A stretch of 62,451 nt of DNA, the filler included, from Spirochaetales bacterium (GTDB lineage: Bacteria; Spirochaetota; Spirochaetia; Treponematales; UBA12059): NCBI GenBank assembly GCA_016928955.1. It is 3 parts of 3 records of this genome, joined end to end, with 100 filler letters (N's around TTAATTAATTAA, not from the genome) between each part and the next. Parts side by side here need not be neighbours in the genome. Positions count along the whole stretch, not along the records: positions 1 to 24,216 come from JAFGJV010000025.1; 2 more parts are not named here. One strand, 5' to 3'. Each line of letters starts with the position of its first letter. The stretch's first letter is position 1. This document shows positions 1 to 9,378 of this stretch, in pieces. Both the position numbers and the translations under genes were made by a program. A model generated the notes under the pieces. That model ran no database searches, was not told where the DNA came from, and saw only the letters and a list, made by a program, of their open reading frames with translations.

Positions 1-49
1 ATGCGGACACGCCGACCGGCCGCGCGTGGCAGCCATCAGCGGACGTGAA

Positions 50-1729
50 TCAGCGCTCCAGTTTCCTGTACACGTAGCGATGCGGCCGGTCGGCGTCGCC
101 GCCGAGCTTCTCGCGGCGGTATTCGGCGTACTCTGACCAGTTGCCGTCGTACCACAGCACCTCGCCGTCCTCAAAGGCCAAGAGGTGCGTGCACACGCGG
201 TCCAGGAACCAGCGGTCGTGGCTGACCACCAGGGCGCAGCCGGCAAACTCGTCCAGGGCCTCTTCCAGGGCGCGGAGCGTGTTGACGTCAAGGTCGTTGG
301 TCGGCTCGTCCAGGAGGAGGACGTTGGCACCGTCCTTGAGCATCAGGGCCAGGTTCAGCCGGTTGCGCTCGCCTCCCGACAGGACGCCCACCTTCTTCTG
401 CTGGTCGGCGCCCGAGAAGTTGAACCACGAGCAGTAGGCCCGGCTGTTCACTTCCTTTGACCCGCCCAGCTTGATGATGTCCAGGCCGTCCGACAGCTGT
501 TCCCACACGGTCTTGTCGGGGTCCAGGCCGGCGCGCAGCTGGTCGGCGTAGGCCAGCTTGACCGTGTCGCCCAGGCGTACCTCGCCGGAGTCGGCGCTTT
601 CCAGGCCGGATATGAGCTTAAAGAGGGTGGTCTTGCCGGCGCCGTTCGGCCCGACAATGCCGACCACGGCTCCCGGCGGCACGGTAAAGTCCAGGTCCTT
701 GAACAGGAGCTTGTCGCCATACGCCTTGGTCAGCTTGGCGGAGCTTATGACCACGGAGCCAAGCCTGGGTCCGGGCGGTATGACCAGCTTGGTTTCCCGT
801 ACTTTCTCCCGCTCGCCGTCTGCCAGGAGTTTCTCGTACTGGGTTATACGCGCCTTGCTCTTGGCGTGCCTGCCCTTGGGGCTCATGCGCACCCACTCAA
901 GCTCGCGCTCCAGGGTCTTGGCGCGGGACGAGTCGGCCTTGTCCTCCATGGCTAGGCGGTCGCGCTTCTGCTCGAGCCAGCTGGAATAGTTGCCCTTCCA
1001 CGGGATGCCTTCCCCGCGGTCCAGTTCCAGGATCCAGCCGGCCACGTTGTCCAGGAAGTAGCGGTCGTGGGTAACGGCTATGACCGTGCCCTCGTACTGC
1101 TGGAGGTGGCGTTCGAGCCAGGCCACCGTCTCTGCGTCCAGGTGGTTGGTTGGCTCGTCCAGGAGGAGTATGTCCGGCTTGCGGAGGAGCAGGCGGCACA
1201 GGGCCACGCGCCTGCGCTCGCCCCCGGACAGCACGTCTACCACCTGGTCGGCCGGCGGGCAGCGCAGGGCTTCCATGGCCAGGTCCAGGCGGGCGTCAAG
1301 GTTCCAGCCGTCCGCCGCCTCTATGCGTTCCTGGAGCGACGCCTGTCGTTCGGCCAGCTTGTCAAAGTCCGCGTCCGGGTCCCCAAAGGCCTCGCTGACG
1401 TCCTCGAACTCCTTGAGGAGATCGACGACTTCCTGTACGCCTTCCGACACGATGTCACGCACGGTCTTGCCGGCCTCAAGGTGCGGTTCCTGCTCCAAAA
1501 AGCCTATGCTGTAGCCTGGGGAACAGCTGGTGTCGCCGGCAAACTCGGTGTCAACGCCGGCCAGGATGCGCAGCAGGCTGGATTTTCCCGAGCCGTTGAG
1601 CCCTATCACGCCTATCTTGGCGCCGTAATAGTAGCTGATGGATATGTCCTTGAGGACCTGCTTGACGCCGTGTTTCTTGGAAACGCGGTACATCGTATAG
1701 ATGATTTTCTTGTCGTCTACTGTGGCCAT
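50..1729 (-). CDS. ettA: Energy-dependent translational throttle protein EttA (ABC-F ATPase)
   Basis: Two ABC domains (GLNGSGKS and GPNGAGKT, LSGGE signatures, LLDEPTN), no TM segments, EttA-typical 'ELEWVRMSPKGRHAKSKAR' linker. Confidence 0.95.
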   Translation of the reverse strand: MATVDDKKIIYTMYRVSKKHGVKQVLKDISISYYYGAKIGVIGLNGSGKSSLLRILAGVDTEFAGDTSCSPGYSIGFLEQEPHLEAGKTVRDIVSEGVQEVVDLLKEFEDVSEAFGDPDADFDKLAERQASLQERIEAADGWNLDARLDLAMEALRCPPADQVVDVLSGGERRRVALCRLLLRKPDILLLDEPTNHLDAETVAWLERHLQQYEGTVIAVTHDRYFLDNVAGWILELDRGEGIPWKGNYSSWLEQKRDRLAMEDKADSSRAKTLERELEWVRMSPKGRHAKSKARITQYEKLLADGEREKVRETKLVIPPGPRLGSVVISSAKLTKAYGDKLLFKDLDFTVPPGAVVGIVGPNGAGKTTLFKLISGLESADSGEVRLGDTVKLAYADQLRAGLDPDKTVWEQLSDGLDIIKLGGSKEVNSRAYCSWFNFSGADQQKKVGVLSGGERNRLNLALMLKDGANVLLLDEPTNDLDVNTLRALEEALDEFAGCALVVSHDRWFLDRVCTHLLAFEDGEVLWYDGNWSEYAEYRREKLGGDADRPHRYVYRKLER

Positions 1730-1764
1730 GGCCGGAGTGTAGCAAATTCCCGAGCTTTAGGGAA

Positions 1765-3699
1765 ATGCCCCTTGCCAATCCGCCGCCGGCAGGCATACTT
1801 GATGCCATGGCTTCAGGCGTTCCGGGTGCGCGCTTTGCGCCGGCCCTCAAGCATTTTTTCTTCTCATCGCAGCGTGAGCCTGACGTCCGGGCCGGGCAGG
1901 CCTGGAGCAGCCTTGCGGGCCTGTACCTAGTTGCCCTTCTGGCGCTGTTCGCCGGGCCTTTCAATATCGTCCATGACCTGCGGGCCGGCCACGCGTTCCT
2001 GGCCCTCATGACCCTGACCTTCTGCCTGATGGCCCTGGCCGCGGTGATCGTGTTCTGGTCGACGCGCTCACTGCAGGCAGCCCAGGGCATGCTGGCGGGG
2101 GCCATAGCCGTTCTCCTGATAGCGGTCATCGTTGACGGTGGGGGTGTACGGGGTTTCGGTTTCATCTACTTCATAGCGGCCTTCCCGATCCTGCAGACGG
2201 CCCTGGGCATCAAGGGAGCAATAGCCCTGACCGGTCTCATGGTGGTGGGGTCCATAGCGCGCCTGGTCTTCGGGGTGGTGGAGCCGGGCTCCATCTATCA
2301 CGACGCGGACACGGTCAGGCGCTATATCGTCCTGGTGCTCACGGCTGCGGGCTTCGGGATACCGTCCATGCTGATACAGCACCGCCTCATGCAGCGCCTG
2401 GCCCGGGCGGCGTATGTGGACCCAACCACGGGCCTGGCCAACCGGACCCGCCTTATGGAAGCCGCCCGCGCCATGCTATCCGAGGCCCAGCGCTCGGACC
2501 GGAGCCTCGGCTTCATTGCCCTCAAGCTCAAGCGCTTCACGCAGTTCAATTCCCGGAACGGCATGGCCATGGGCGACGCTGTCCTGGGCGAGGTAGCCAG
2601 GCGCATCGTGTCAATGGCGCCGGAAGGCGCGCTGATTTGCCGGTACTCGGGCACGGTGTTCATGGTGGTGGGCGAGCTTGGCGCCCCCGGCGAGATCGAG
2701 CGACTGGCAGGCCGGCTGACCGCGGAGGCGTCGCGGCCCTTCGAGCAGGGCATCATGCGCGTGGCCCTGCAGATGGAAGCCGTGGTCACGCGCTATCCCG
2801 AGGACGGGCACAACCTGGAAAAGATCCTGTCCAACATCCTGTCCACCCTGGCCAAACCCCACCGCGGCCCCGAGTTGGTGCGCTATTTCAACGAGGCGTC
2901 CTACCGAGAGGACCAGCGTCGCTACGCCCTGGTGGACAGGCTCAGGCGCGCCCTGGAGAACAACGAGTTCAGGCTGGTGTACCATCCCAAATACTGGCTC
3001 AAGGACGAGCGTTGCGCCGGCGCAGAGGTCCTCTTGCGCTGGGAAACCGAGGATTTCGGAGCGGTGGCTCCGGCTGATTTCATACCGCTGGCCGAGGAAA
3101 CAGGGGTCATACGGGAAATCAGCCGCTGGGTGCTCATACAGGCCCACCGGGAAGTGGCCCTGATCAAGGAAAAATTCCCGGACCTGTTCAAGAGCCTGGT
3201 GTTCGCCATCAACTTGTCGCCTTTGGACATTGCCGACAAACGTATACTGGATTACCTGTCCGAGCTGGAGCGGGGCAGCGGCATAGACCGGGCGAATATA
3301 GAGTTCGAGATTACCGAAGGCACGCTCATGGAAGACGAGCCCGCCGCGGTCGAGGTGCTTGAGAGCTTGCGCGAGCACGGGTATCGCCTGGCCATAGACG
3401 ATTTCGGCACGGGCTATTCCAGCCTGTCCTACCTGCACAGGCTCAGGGTGAACACCATCAAGATAGACCGCAGCTTTGTCATGCAGATAGACGGCTCGGA
3501 CAACGAACTGCCCATCGTGCAGGCCATCATATCCATGGCCTCGTCTTTGGGCCTGGAACTGGTGGCCGAGGGCGTGGAAACAAAGGCCCAGTCGGATTAT
3601 CTGGCCGAACATAACTGCCAGTTTGCCCAGGGCTGGCTGTATTCCAAGCCCCTGCCGCTTGAGGACTACCTGCAGCTTCTGTCCTCGCGCTGCGGCTGA
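1765..3699 (+). CDS. Membrane-anchored GGDEF(degenerate)-EAL protein, probable c-di-GMP phosphodiesterase
   Basis: N-terminal hydrophobic helices; GGDEF-like domain (DPTTGLANR) with the active-site motif changed to RYSGTVF; EAL domain AEVLLRW, FEITE, IDDFGTGYSSL, KIDRSF, AEGVE, QGW. Start codon uncertain. Confidence 0.85.
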   Translation: MPLANPPPAGILDAMASGVPGARFAPALKHFFFSSQREPDVRAGQAWSSLAGLYLVALLALFAGPFNIVHDLRAGHAFLALMTLTFCLMALAAVIVFWSTRSLQAAQGMLAGAIAVLLIAVIVDGGGVRGFGFIYFIAAFPILQTALGIKGAIALTGLMVVGSIARLVFGVVEPGSIYHDADTVRRYIVLVLTAAGFGIPSMLIQHRLMQRLARAAYVDPTTGLANRTRLMEAARAMLSEAQRSDRSLGFIALKLKRFTQFNSRNGMAMGDAVLGEVARRIVSMAPEGALICRYSGTVFMVVGELGAPGEIERLAGRLTAEASRPFEQGIMRVALQMEAVVTRYPEDGHNLEKILSNILSTLAKPHRGPELVRYFNEASYREDQRRYALVDRLRRALENNEFRLVYHPKYWLKDERCAGAEVLLRWETEDFGAVAPADFIPLAEETGVIREISRWVLIQAHREVALIKEKFPDLFKSLVFAINLSPLDIADKRILDYLSELERGSGIDRANIEFEITEGTLMEDEPAAVEVLESLREHGYRLAIDDFGTGYSSLSYLHRLRVNTIKIDRSFVMQIDGSDNELPIVQAIISMASSLGLELVAEGVETKAQSDYLAEHNCQFAQGWLYSKPLPLEDYLQLLSSRCG

Positions 3700-3762
3700 G
3701 CGCTCCAGCGCTTTGCTGGCCGGCACGGTCGGCAGGAGGGCTCCGCGGGCGACGCTATCCGC

Positions 3763-5616
3763 TCAGTCGCCGTTCGCGTGAGGCAGCCGGAGAACCTCCC
3801 GTTCGTCGCCCCTGCGTTTCAACAGCCCCCGGTCCTCCATGCGGTTGAGGAGGGGCAGAATGTACTTCCTGGACAGGCCTGTTCTCTCCTTGGCCAGGCC
3901 CACGCCAAAGAGCTGGCCGGGCGACATGCCGGCCAGTATGGCGGCCGAAAGGCGCGCGTACTCGCGTGAAGCCAGGAAGATGCCCCCGTCCAGGGGCACG
4001 GCCAGCCCGAGTGAGCACAATTGTTTGAGGGCCGGCGCGTCGGTTTTTGGGGCGCTTGCGCCGGGCTCAAGACCCGCGGCCCCCGCCTTCCCCAGGCGTT
4101 TCAGAAGTTCGGCCAGGGCTGGGCTCAGGGTCGGCGCCTGCCCGGGAATCCGCCATGTCGCTTCTGAGCGCGTAAGTGCGCCCTGAGCCACCAGGGTAGA
4201 CAAGACAGCGTCGGCGGCCGTATCGCTTAGGGAACATGCAGACAGTGCCGCCACCCTGCCCAGGCCCTCCGGTTTTGACGCCAGGTGGGCAAGGGTGGCT
4301 GACAGGGCGTTCCAGGCGCTTTGGGTAAAGGCAACGCGTCCGGCCGCGAGCAGGTTCAGTCCGGCCACGGCCGTGGGGGGCAGGTCGGCCGGCAGGAAGG
4401 CGTGGCCGCGTCCGGTCAGCTCAAGGGCAAAGTCCCATGCCTGGGACGGGGCCAGAGCCGGAGCCGAGCTGGCCAGGGCTGCTACCAATGCTTCCGCCTG
4501 TCCGGCCGATGCCGACAGGGACTTTCTGCCTGCCTGGCCGGGCGGCGCCGTACCTATAACCAGTCCCCTCCCTATGAGGTCTGAGCCGCCCTTGCGTATC
4601 AGGATGAAGGGCTGGCCGGCAGGACAGGCCAGGGCCTGGGCGCAGGCCACCCGGACCAGCCGGCTGTCCTTCAGCGGCCACAGGACCACCTCGCCGTGCG
4701 CGCTGCCCAAGGCAAGCTCTGCCTCCACTCCCGGCCTGATCAGGGCCCGCCCCCTTTTGTCCAGGGGACACAGCGTGTCGGTGCCCGGAAGAGGCTGGAG
4801 GACGGCAAGCAGGTCCGTGCCGGATATGGTCCTGACGCCGTCTTTGACAAGAAGTTGGCCGCGCCTGTATCCGTCCTTCCTGGAAGACAGGGAAAGGGCC
4901 ACCCTGGCGGCGGGCCGTACCAGCTCCTGCCCGCGCCTGTGGGTCTGAATGGCCTTGATTTTTGCCTGATCGCCTTCCGGCAGGAGCACCAGGCGCTCGC
5001 CTTCTGCCAGGGGGCCGCCCCGGAGCGTCCCCGTGACCACGCTGCCGCCGCCCCTCGGAGTGAAGTGGCGGTCCACATAGCAATAGGCCGAATCCTCTAA
5101 CGGGGGCGGCAAGGATGCCAGCTCGCAGGCTATGGCCTGTTTCAGCTCTGAAAGACCGGTGCCCGCCTTGACGGACACGGATACGGCGTGCGGACGGTAT
5201 CCAAGGATTTTTGCGGCTCGTTCGGTCACGTCGGCAATCACGCTGTCCGTTCGCTCCCGCTGGGCAAGGTCTGTTTTGGAGACGACGATCAGCACCCGGG
5301 ACACGCCCATGCACGCCAGGATGGACGCGTGCACCTGGCTCTGGGGCATCCAGCCGTCGTCCGCCGCCACCACAAGGAGGGCCATATCCAGGCCCCAGGC
5401 TCCCGCGGCCATGTTGCGCAGGTAGCGTTCGTGTCCCGGCACGTCCACCACGCCCACGTCCTGGCCGTCGGAACCCTGGTACCAGGCAAAGCCCAGGTCG
5501 GTGGTCATGCCGCGCGCCTTTTCCTCGGGCAAGCGGTCAGGATCCATGTTGGTCAGGGCCAGGATCAGGGCGGTCTTGCCGTGGTCCACGTGACCAGCCG
5601 TGCCTATGACCCTCAT
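3763..5616 (-). CDS. selB: Selenocysteine-specific translation elongation factor SelB
   Basis: GTAGHVDHGKT, DRLPEEKARGMTTDLGF, DVPGHERY; C-terminal winged-helix SECIS-binding motif LSRKYILPLL; overlaps the selA stop. Confidence 0.95.
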   Translation of the reverse strand: MRVIGTAGHVDHGKTALILALTNMDPDRLPEEKARGMTTDLGFAWYQGSDGQDVGVVDVPGHERYLRNMAAGAWGLDMALLVVAADDGWMPQSQVHASILACMGVSRVLIVVSKTDLAQRERTDSVIADVTERAAKILGYRPHAVSVSVKAGTGLSELKQAIACELASLPPPLEDSAYCYVDRHFTPRGGGSVVTGTLRGGPLAEGERLVLLPEGDQAKIKAIQTHRRGQELVRPAARVALSLSSRKDGYRRGQLLVKDGVRTISGTDLLAVLQPLPGTDTLCPLDKRGRALIRPGVEAELALGSAHGEVVLWPLKDSRLVRVACAQALACPAGQPFILIRKGGSDLIGRGLVIGTAPPGQAGRKSLSASAGQAEALVAALASSAPALAPSQAWDFALELTGRGHAFLPADLPPTAVAGLNLLAAGRVAFTQSAWNALSATLAHLASKPEGLGRVAALSACSLSDTAADAVLSTLVAQGALTRSEATWRIPGQAPTLSPALAELLKRLGKAGAAGLEPGASAPKTDAPALKQLCSLGLAVPLDGGIFLASREYARLSAAILAGMSPGQLFGVGLAKERTGLSRKYILPLLNRMEDRGLLKRRGDEREVLRLPHANGD

Positions 5617-7007
5617 CCTTGCGCGTCCCCGATGGCGCCGGCCGCGCTCGGGAGGGAACAGCGGTCAAAGGCCCAGCGTATGGTCGACGCTATCTGGTCA
5701 GCGGGCTCGTCGGCCAGGGCGGCAAAATCCAGGCGTACGCGGTCGTCCTGTATCCTGCCCAGCAGGGGTAGGGGCGCTTGGCGCAGGGCGGCGGACAGGG
5801 TATCGGCCTTGTACCGGCCGCCCAGCTCCAGGGCCACGGACGGAAAGGTCTCGTCCGGGCCGCTCCCGCCACCCGACGCGGCTAAGGAGGGGACCAGGGT
5901 CGCTGAGTCGTCCGGAAGGAGGGCTAGTACGTCATGGGCGAGCGACTGTAGCTCCCCAAGCTCCCTGGACCGGGCGCGACCGGCAGGACCGGGCTCGCCG
6001 TTGAGCCGTGCCACCAGAACCCGTTCCAGGAGCGAATAGATGGTTTTGCCGGGCCGGAACGCCCTGTACAAGGGATGGTTCCTGAGCTTGGCCAAAAGGT
6101 CGGCCCTGCCGGCTATGATGCCAGCCTGGGGGCCGCCCAGGAGCTTGTCCGCTGAGAAGCTGACCAGGGCGCAACCGGCCTTGATGTAGCTAGACAGAGG
6201 GGTTTCGCCGGGTATGTTCTCGTCCAGGCAGCCCGAGCCCTGGTCCGCGTAGACGGGCAGGCCCGGGGGCAAAGCCTGTACCACCTCTGCCGGCCGCGGC
6301 CTGCTCGCAAAACCTCGGATGGCAAAATTGGAGCTGTGTACCAGGAGGGCGCAGGCGCTGTCCGGTCCCACGGCGCGGGCATAGTCCGACGCGTGGACGA
6401 TATTGGTCGTGCCCACTTCTTTGAATTTCGCTCCCGCCAGGGCCATGATGTCCGGCACCCTGAAGCCGCCGCCTATCTGTACCTGTTCGCCCCTGGCTAC
6501 TATCACATACCGCCCTGCTGCCAATGCGCTCAGGGTCAGGAGCACGGCCGCCGCGTTGTTGTTCACAACCAGGGCGTCTTCCGTGCCGGCCAGGGCGGCA
6601 GCAAGTTCGGGAACCAGGCCCCCGCGCGCTCCCCGTTGGCCGTTGTCCAGGTCCAGTTCCACCGGGCTGTAGCCGAGATTGGCCGCCCGGGCCCCGTCCC
6701 AGGCAAGCGCCGGCAGGGGAGACCTCCCCAGGTTGGTATGGAGTATGATTCCCGTGCCGTTAAGGACCGGCTTGAAGCGCTTGCGGTCCAGGCGTCCGAG
6801 GGCGTCCAGGGCCAGCATAATGCAACGCTCGGGTTCCGGCAGGTACGACTCGTCGCCCAAAGCCCGCTCGCGCTCCGCGGCCAGGACGCCGCTTACGGTT
6901 TTGGCTACCAGCGCCCGAGACAGCAGGGCGTGGTAGAAGGCTATCCGGGCGTCGGACAGGAGGCGCTCGGTGTGCGGCAGGCGCGACAGTCGTTCGTTCG
7001 TTTTCAT
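5613..7007 (-). CDS. selA: L-seryl-tRNA(Sec) selenium transferase SelA
   Basis: NGTGIILHTNLGRSPL, VNNNAAAV, IGGGFRVPD, EVGTTN, PLP-lysine motif FSADKLLGGPQ. Start reassigned to ATG at 7007 because the ORF-track start (7109) runs through the tRNA gene. Confidence 0.93.
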   Translation of the reverse strand: MKTNERLSRLPHTERLLSDARIAFYHALLSRALVAKTVSGVLAAERERALGDESYLPEPERCIMLALDALGRLDRKRFKPVLNGTGIILHTNLGRSPLPALAWDGARAANLGYSPVELDLDNGQRGARGGLVPELAAALAGTEDALVVNNNAAAVLLTLSALAAGRYVIVARGEQVQIGGGFRVPDIMALAGAKFKEVGTTNIVHASDYARAVGPDSACALLVHSSNFAIRGFASRPRPAEVVQALPPGLPVYADQGSGCLDENIPGETPLSSYIKAGCALVSFSADKLLGGPQAGIIAGRADLLAKLRNHPLYRAFRPGKTIYSLLERVLVARLNGEPGPAGRARSRELGELQSLAHDVLALLPDDSATLVPSLAASGGGSGPDETFPSVALELGGRYKADTLSAALRQAPLPLLGRIQDDRVRLDFAALADEPADQIASTIRWAFDRCSLPSAAGAIGDAQG

Positions 7008-7013
7008 AGGTAG

Positions 7014-7102
7014 CGGAAGAGGCAGGAATCGAACCTGCCACCGCGCGGCGCGCGGCCAGCGGTTTTGAAGACCGCGGGAGCCACCAGACCCCATCTGCTT
7101 CC
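7014..7102 (-). tRNA. selC: tRNA-Sec (anticodon UCA)
   Basis: GGAAGCAG... 6-bp D stem with 4-nt loop (GGGGTC-TGGT-GGCTCC), anticodon arm GCGGT-CTTCAAA-ACCGC, long variable arm, GCAGG-TTCGATT-CCTGC T arm, discriminator G; CCA not encoded. Confidence 0.96.
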
Positions 7103-7133
7103 CTGGCACACCGTGGCGCCATGAGCGTGCTCA

Positions 7134-7162
7134 ATACTACGGGCGGGCCGCGGGCTGGTCAA
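7134..7162 (-). promoter_or_regulatory. sigma70-like promoter for selC-selA-selB
   Basis: TTGACC-N17-TAGTAT on the minus strand upstream of selC. Confidence 0.6.
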
Positions 7163-7177
7163 GCTGGACTGCCGAGC

Positions 7178-7206
7178 TTGCCAAGCGCGCGGCGCGCTGG
7201 TACTAT
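7178..7206 (+). promoter_or_regulatory. sigma70-like promoter for selD
   Basis: TTGCCA-N17-TACTAT upstream of ATG 7242. Confidence 0.6.
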
Positions 7207-7241
7207 CCATCGGCGGCGCACCGCGCCGGAAACGAGGGCCC

Positions 7242-8306
7242 ATGGACATCCGGAAGACCATACGTCTGACCAGTATGTGCTCGGCCGCTGGGTGAGCGGC
7301 AAAAATGGGCCCTGAAGCCCTGGCGCAGGTTCTGCGCCCTTTGGCCGCCTTGGTGCCGCCCGAGCGGGCCCCCGATTTGCTGGCGGGTTTTGCCGAGGGT
7401 GACGACGCGGCCGTATACCGGCTGAACGACGAGCAATGCCTCATTTTCACGGCTGATTTTTTCACGCCCGTGGTGGACGACCCCTACGACTTTGGGGCCA
7501 TAGCGGCGGCCAATGCCCTGTCGGACGTGTATGCCACGGGCGGCGTGCCCATACTTGCCCTGAACCTGGCGGCTTTCCCGCCGGAACTGGACCAGGACGT
7601 GGTGAGGCACATCATACGTGGCGGAGCGGAAACGGCGTCGGCCGCCGGGTGCGCGGTTGCCGGCGGGCACACCATAACGGACGCTGAGCCTAAATTCGGC
7701 ATGGCCGTGGTCGGTTTGGCCCATCCCGACCAGGTGCTCCTCAAGTCGGGGGCCGTGCCGGGCGATGCCCTGATCCTGACCAAGGTGCTTGGAACGGGGG
7801 CCGTCACCACGGCCGCAAAGAACGGGCGATGCACGCCGGAACAGCTGGCCGCCGCCGTGGATTCGATGAAGCTGCTCAACCGCGACGCTTTGATGGTCCT
7901 GCGGAGGCACGGCGTGAGGGCGTGCACGGACATAACGGGTTTCTCCTTCGCCGGCCATGCCCTGGAACTGGCCGGAAAGGGCAGTGTCGGTCTGCGGGTA
8001 AACGCTGACAACCTCCGGTACCTGGACGGGGCACGGGAACTGACGGCCGCCGGGCAGGTACCCGGAGGAGCCATACGCAACCGTCGCTGTTACGAGCCCA
8101 TGGTCGGCTTTGACGGGAACTTTGACGAAGCATGGAGGGCGCTCTTCTTTATGCCGGAAACCTCAGGTGGGCTCCTGGCGGCCATACCGGCCGAGCGTGC
8201 ATCTGCCTGCGTGGACGAGCTCAGGCAAGCCGGCATCGTGGCCGACCGGGTCGGAGACGTGGTTGCGCCAGACGGCGGGCCGCCCCTGCGCGTGAGCTCC
8301 GGCTGA
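7242..8306 (+). CDS. selD: Selenide, water dikinase SelD, selenoprotein form (Sec at UGA 7293-7295, codon 18)
   Basis: ATG 7242 reads MDIRKTIRLTSMCSAAG-U-AAKMGPEAL in frame with ORF 7305..8306; the UGA occupies the catalytic Cys/Sec position of the G-C/U-x-x-K motif; DDAAVY, DFFTP, ANALSDVYA, GGHT, TDITGF, ETSGGLL. Confidence 0.95.
7306..7338 (+). promoter_or_regulatory. Candidate SECIS element of selD
   Basis: Hairpins 3' of the UGA: GGGC-CCTGAA-GCCC and GGCGCAG-GTT-CTGCGCC (7322-7338); which one is functional cannot be decided from sequence. Confidence 0.55.
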
Positions 8307-8326
8307 GCCAGACGCCAGCCGACTTT

Positions 8327-8359
8327 AAAAAAAGGCTGCCCTGTGCGGGCAGCCTTTTT
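8327..8359. terminator. Bidirectional intrinsic terminator between selD and the rhodanese gene
   Basis: A7-GGCTGCCC-TGTGC-GGGCAGCC-T5 between convergent genes. Confidence 0.85.
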
Positions 8360-8412
8360 GTTGCAGGAAACGTTTCCGCCGACTTTTAGCCGGCGGAGCC
8401 GTCCGCTTGCGC

Positions 8413-9285
8413 TTACTTCCAGGTGAGCTTGACGAACTTGACGGCAGGGTCCTTGGATATATCCTGGGCGGAACCGTCATAGGAACGGACCTTGGTCCAG
8501 CCCAGCTGCTGGGTCAGGATCCACCACCAGGTGGTGGCCAAAACGCCTGAATCGCAGTGGATGATCGTTTCCTTGCTGGCGCTCAGCTTGAGGGCCTTGA
8601 CCATGGCTTCAAGCTCGGCCTTGGGCTTGACCATGCCGTCGGCGGTAATCCAGGCGGCGGGCAGGCTCGTGGCGCCGGGGATGTGGCCGAACTGGGCCAC
8701 AAAAGCCGCTTTGGCAAGGCCAAAGTAGGTGTCGTAGGCGCGGACGTCCAGGATCTGGGCTTTCTTGAGGTTTTTGAGCACGTATGCCTTGTCGGCAAAG
8801 TAGGCGGCGTTGAAGCTCACCTGGAACTCTGTCTCGTCCTTGCTCTCAAAACCGGTGGCCACGCCCTTGCCGGCCTTGGTCCAGGCGGCGTACCCGCCGT
8901 CCAGCACGGCCACGTTGGGCACGCCGGCGTATACCAGGGTCCAGGCCACGCGGGTCGCCCAGGTGAAACGGGCACCGTCGGTCTCAACCACCACGACGAT
9001 GGAGTTGGCGTCAATGCCGGACTCGGCCAGGATGTCCGACAGGTCCTCGGCGTCCGGAACCTCGTTGGACAGGTCGTTCTTGGCCATGTACAGGCCCATG
9101 GCGTTGACGGCGCCGGGGACATGGCCGGCCTTGTAGTCGTCCATCTTGCGGACGTCCAGGACGACCAGGCGCTCGTTGCCAAGGTTGGCCTCGAGCCAGT
9201 CGGCTGAAACGATGGCGTCAACGTCGCGAGCAAAGGCGGGCGCGACGAGGGCGGCCAGTACCAGGAGAAGGGCTAGCTTCTTCAT
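8413..9285 (-). CDS. Exported tandem-domain rhodanese/sulfurtransferase
   Basis: AAGGAG RBS then signal peptide MKKLALLLVLAALVAPAFA; LDVR...Y..GHVPGA, VLDGGY..W, GHIPGA, active-site loop HCDSGVLA, YDGS. Confidence 0.9.
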   Translation of the reverse strand: MKKLALLLVLAALVAPAFARDVDAIVSADWLEANLGNERLVVLDVRKMDDYKAGHVPGAVNAMGLYMAKNDLSNEVPDAEDLSDILAESGIDANSIVVVVETDGARFTWATRVAWTLVYAGVPNVAVLDGGYAAWTKAGKGVATGFESKDETEFQVSFNAAYFADKAYVLKNLKKAQILDVRAYDTYFGLAKAAFVAQFGHIPGATSLPAAWITADGMVKPKAELEAMVKALKLSASKETIIHCDSGVLATTWWWILTQQLGWTKVRSYDGSAQDISKDPAVKFVKLTWK

Positions 9286-9338
9286 GATGGGGTGCTCCTT
9301 CAAAGGCAAGGCGGTTTCTCGGCATGGCCGGTCCCGCC

Positions 9339-9370
9339 AAAAAAGGTCCCCGCCCGGCCAGGGGGCGGGG
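9339..9370 (-). terminator. Intrinsic terminator-like hairpin between the cytochrome and rhodanese genes
   Basis: Minus strand CCCCGCCC-N7-GGGCGGGG-ACC-TTTTTT just after the cytochrome stop. Confidence 0.65.
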
Positions 9371-9378
9371 GCTATGAA

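Noticed and set aside
3691..3702. TGC GGC TGA GCG at the end of the EAL gene, similar to the Sec codon contexts
   Set aside because: The EAL domain is already complete, and readthrough would run into the convergent selB 3' end; treated as a normal stop.
7008..7109. N-terminal extension of SelA in the ORF track
   Set aside because: It is a translation of the tRNA-Sec gene.
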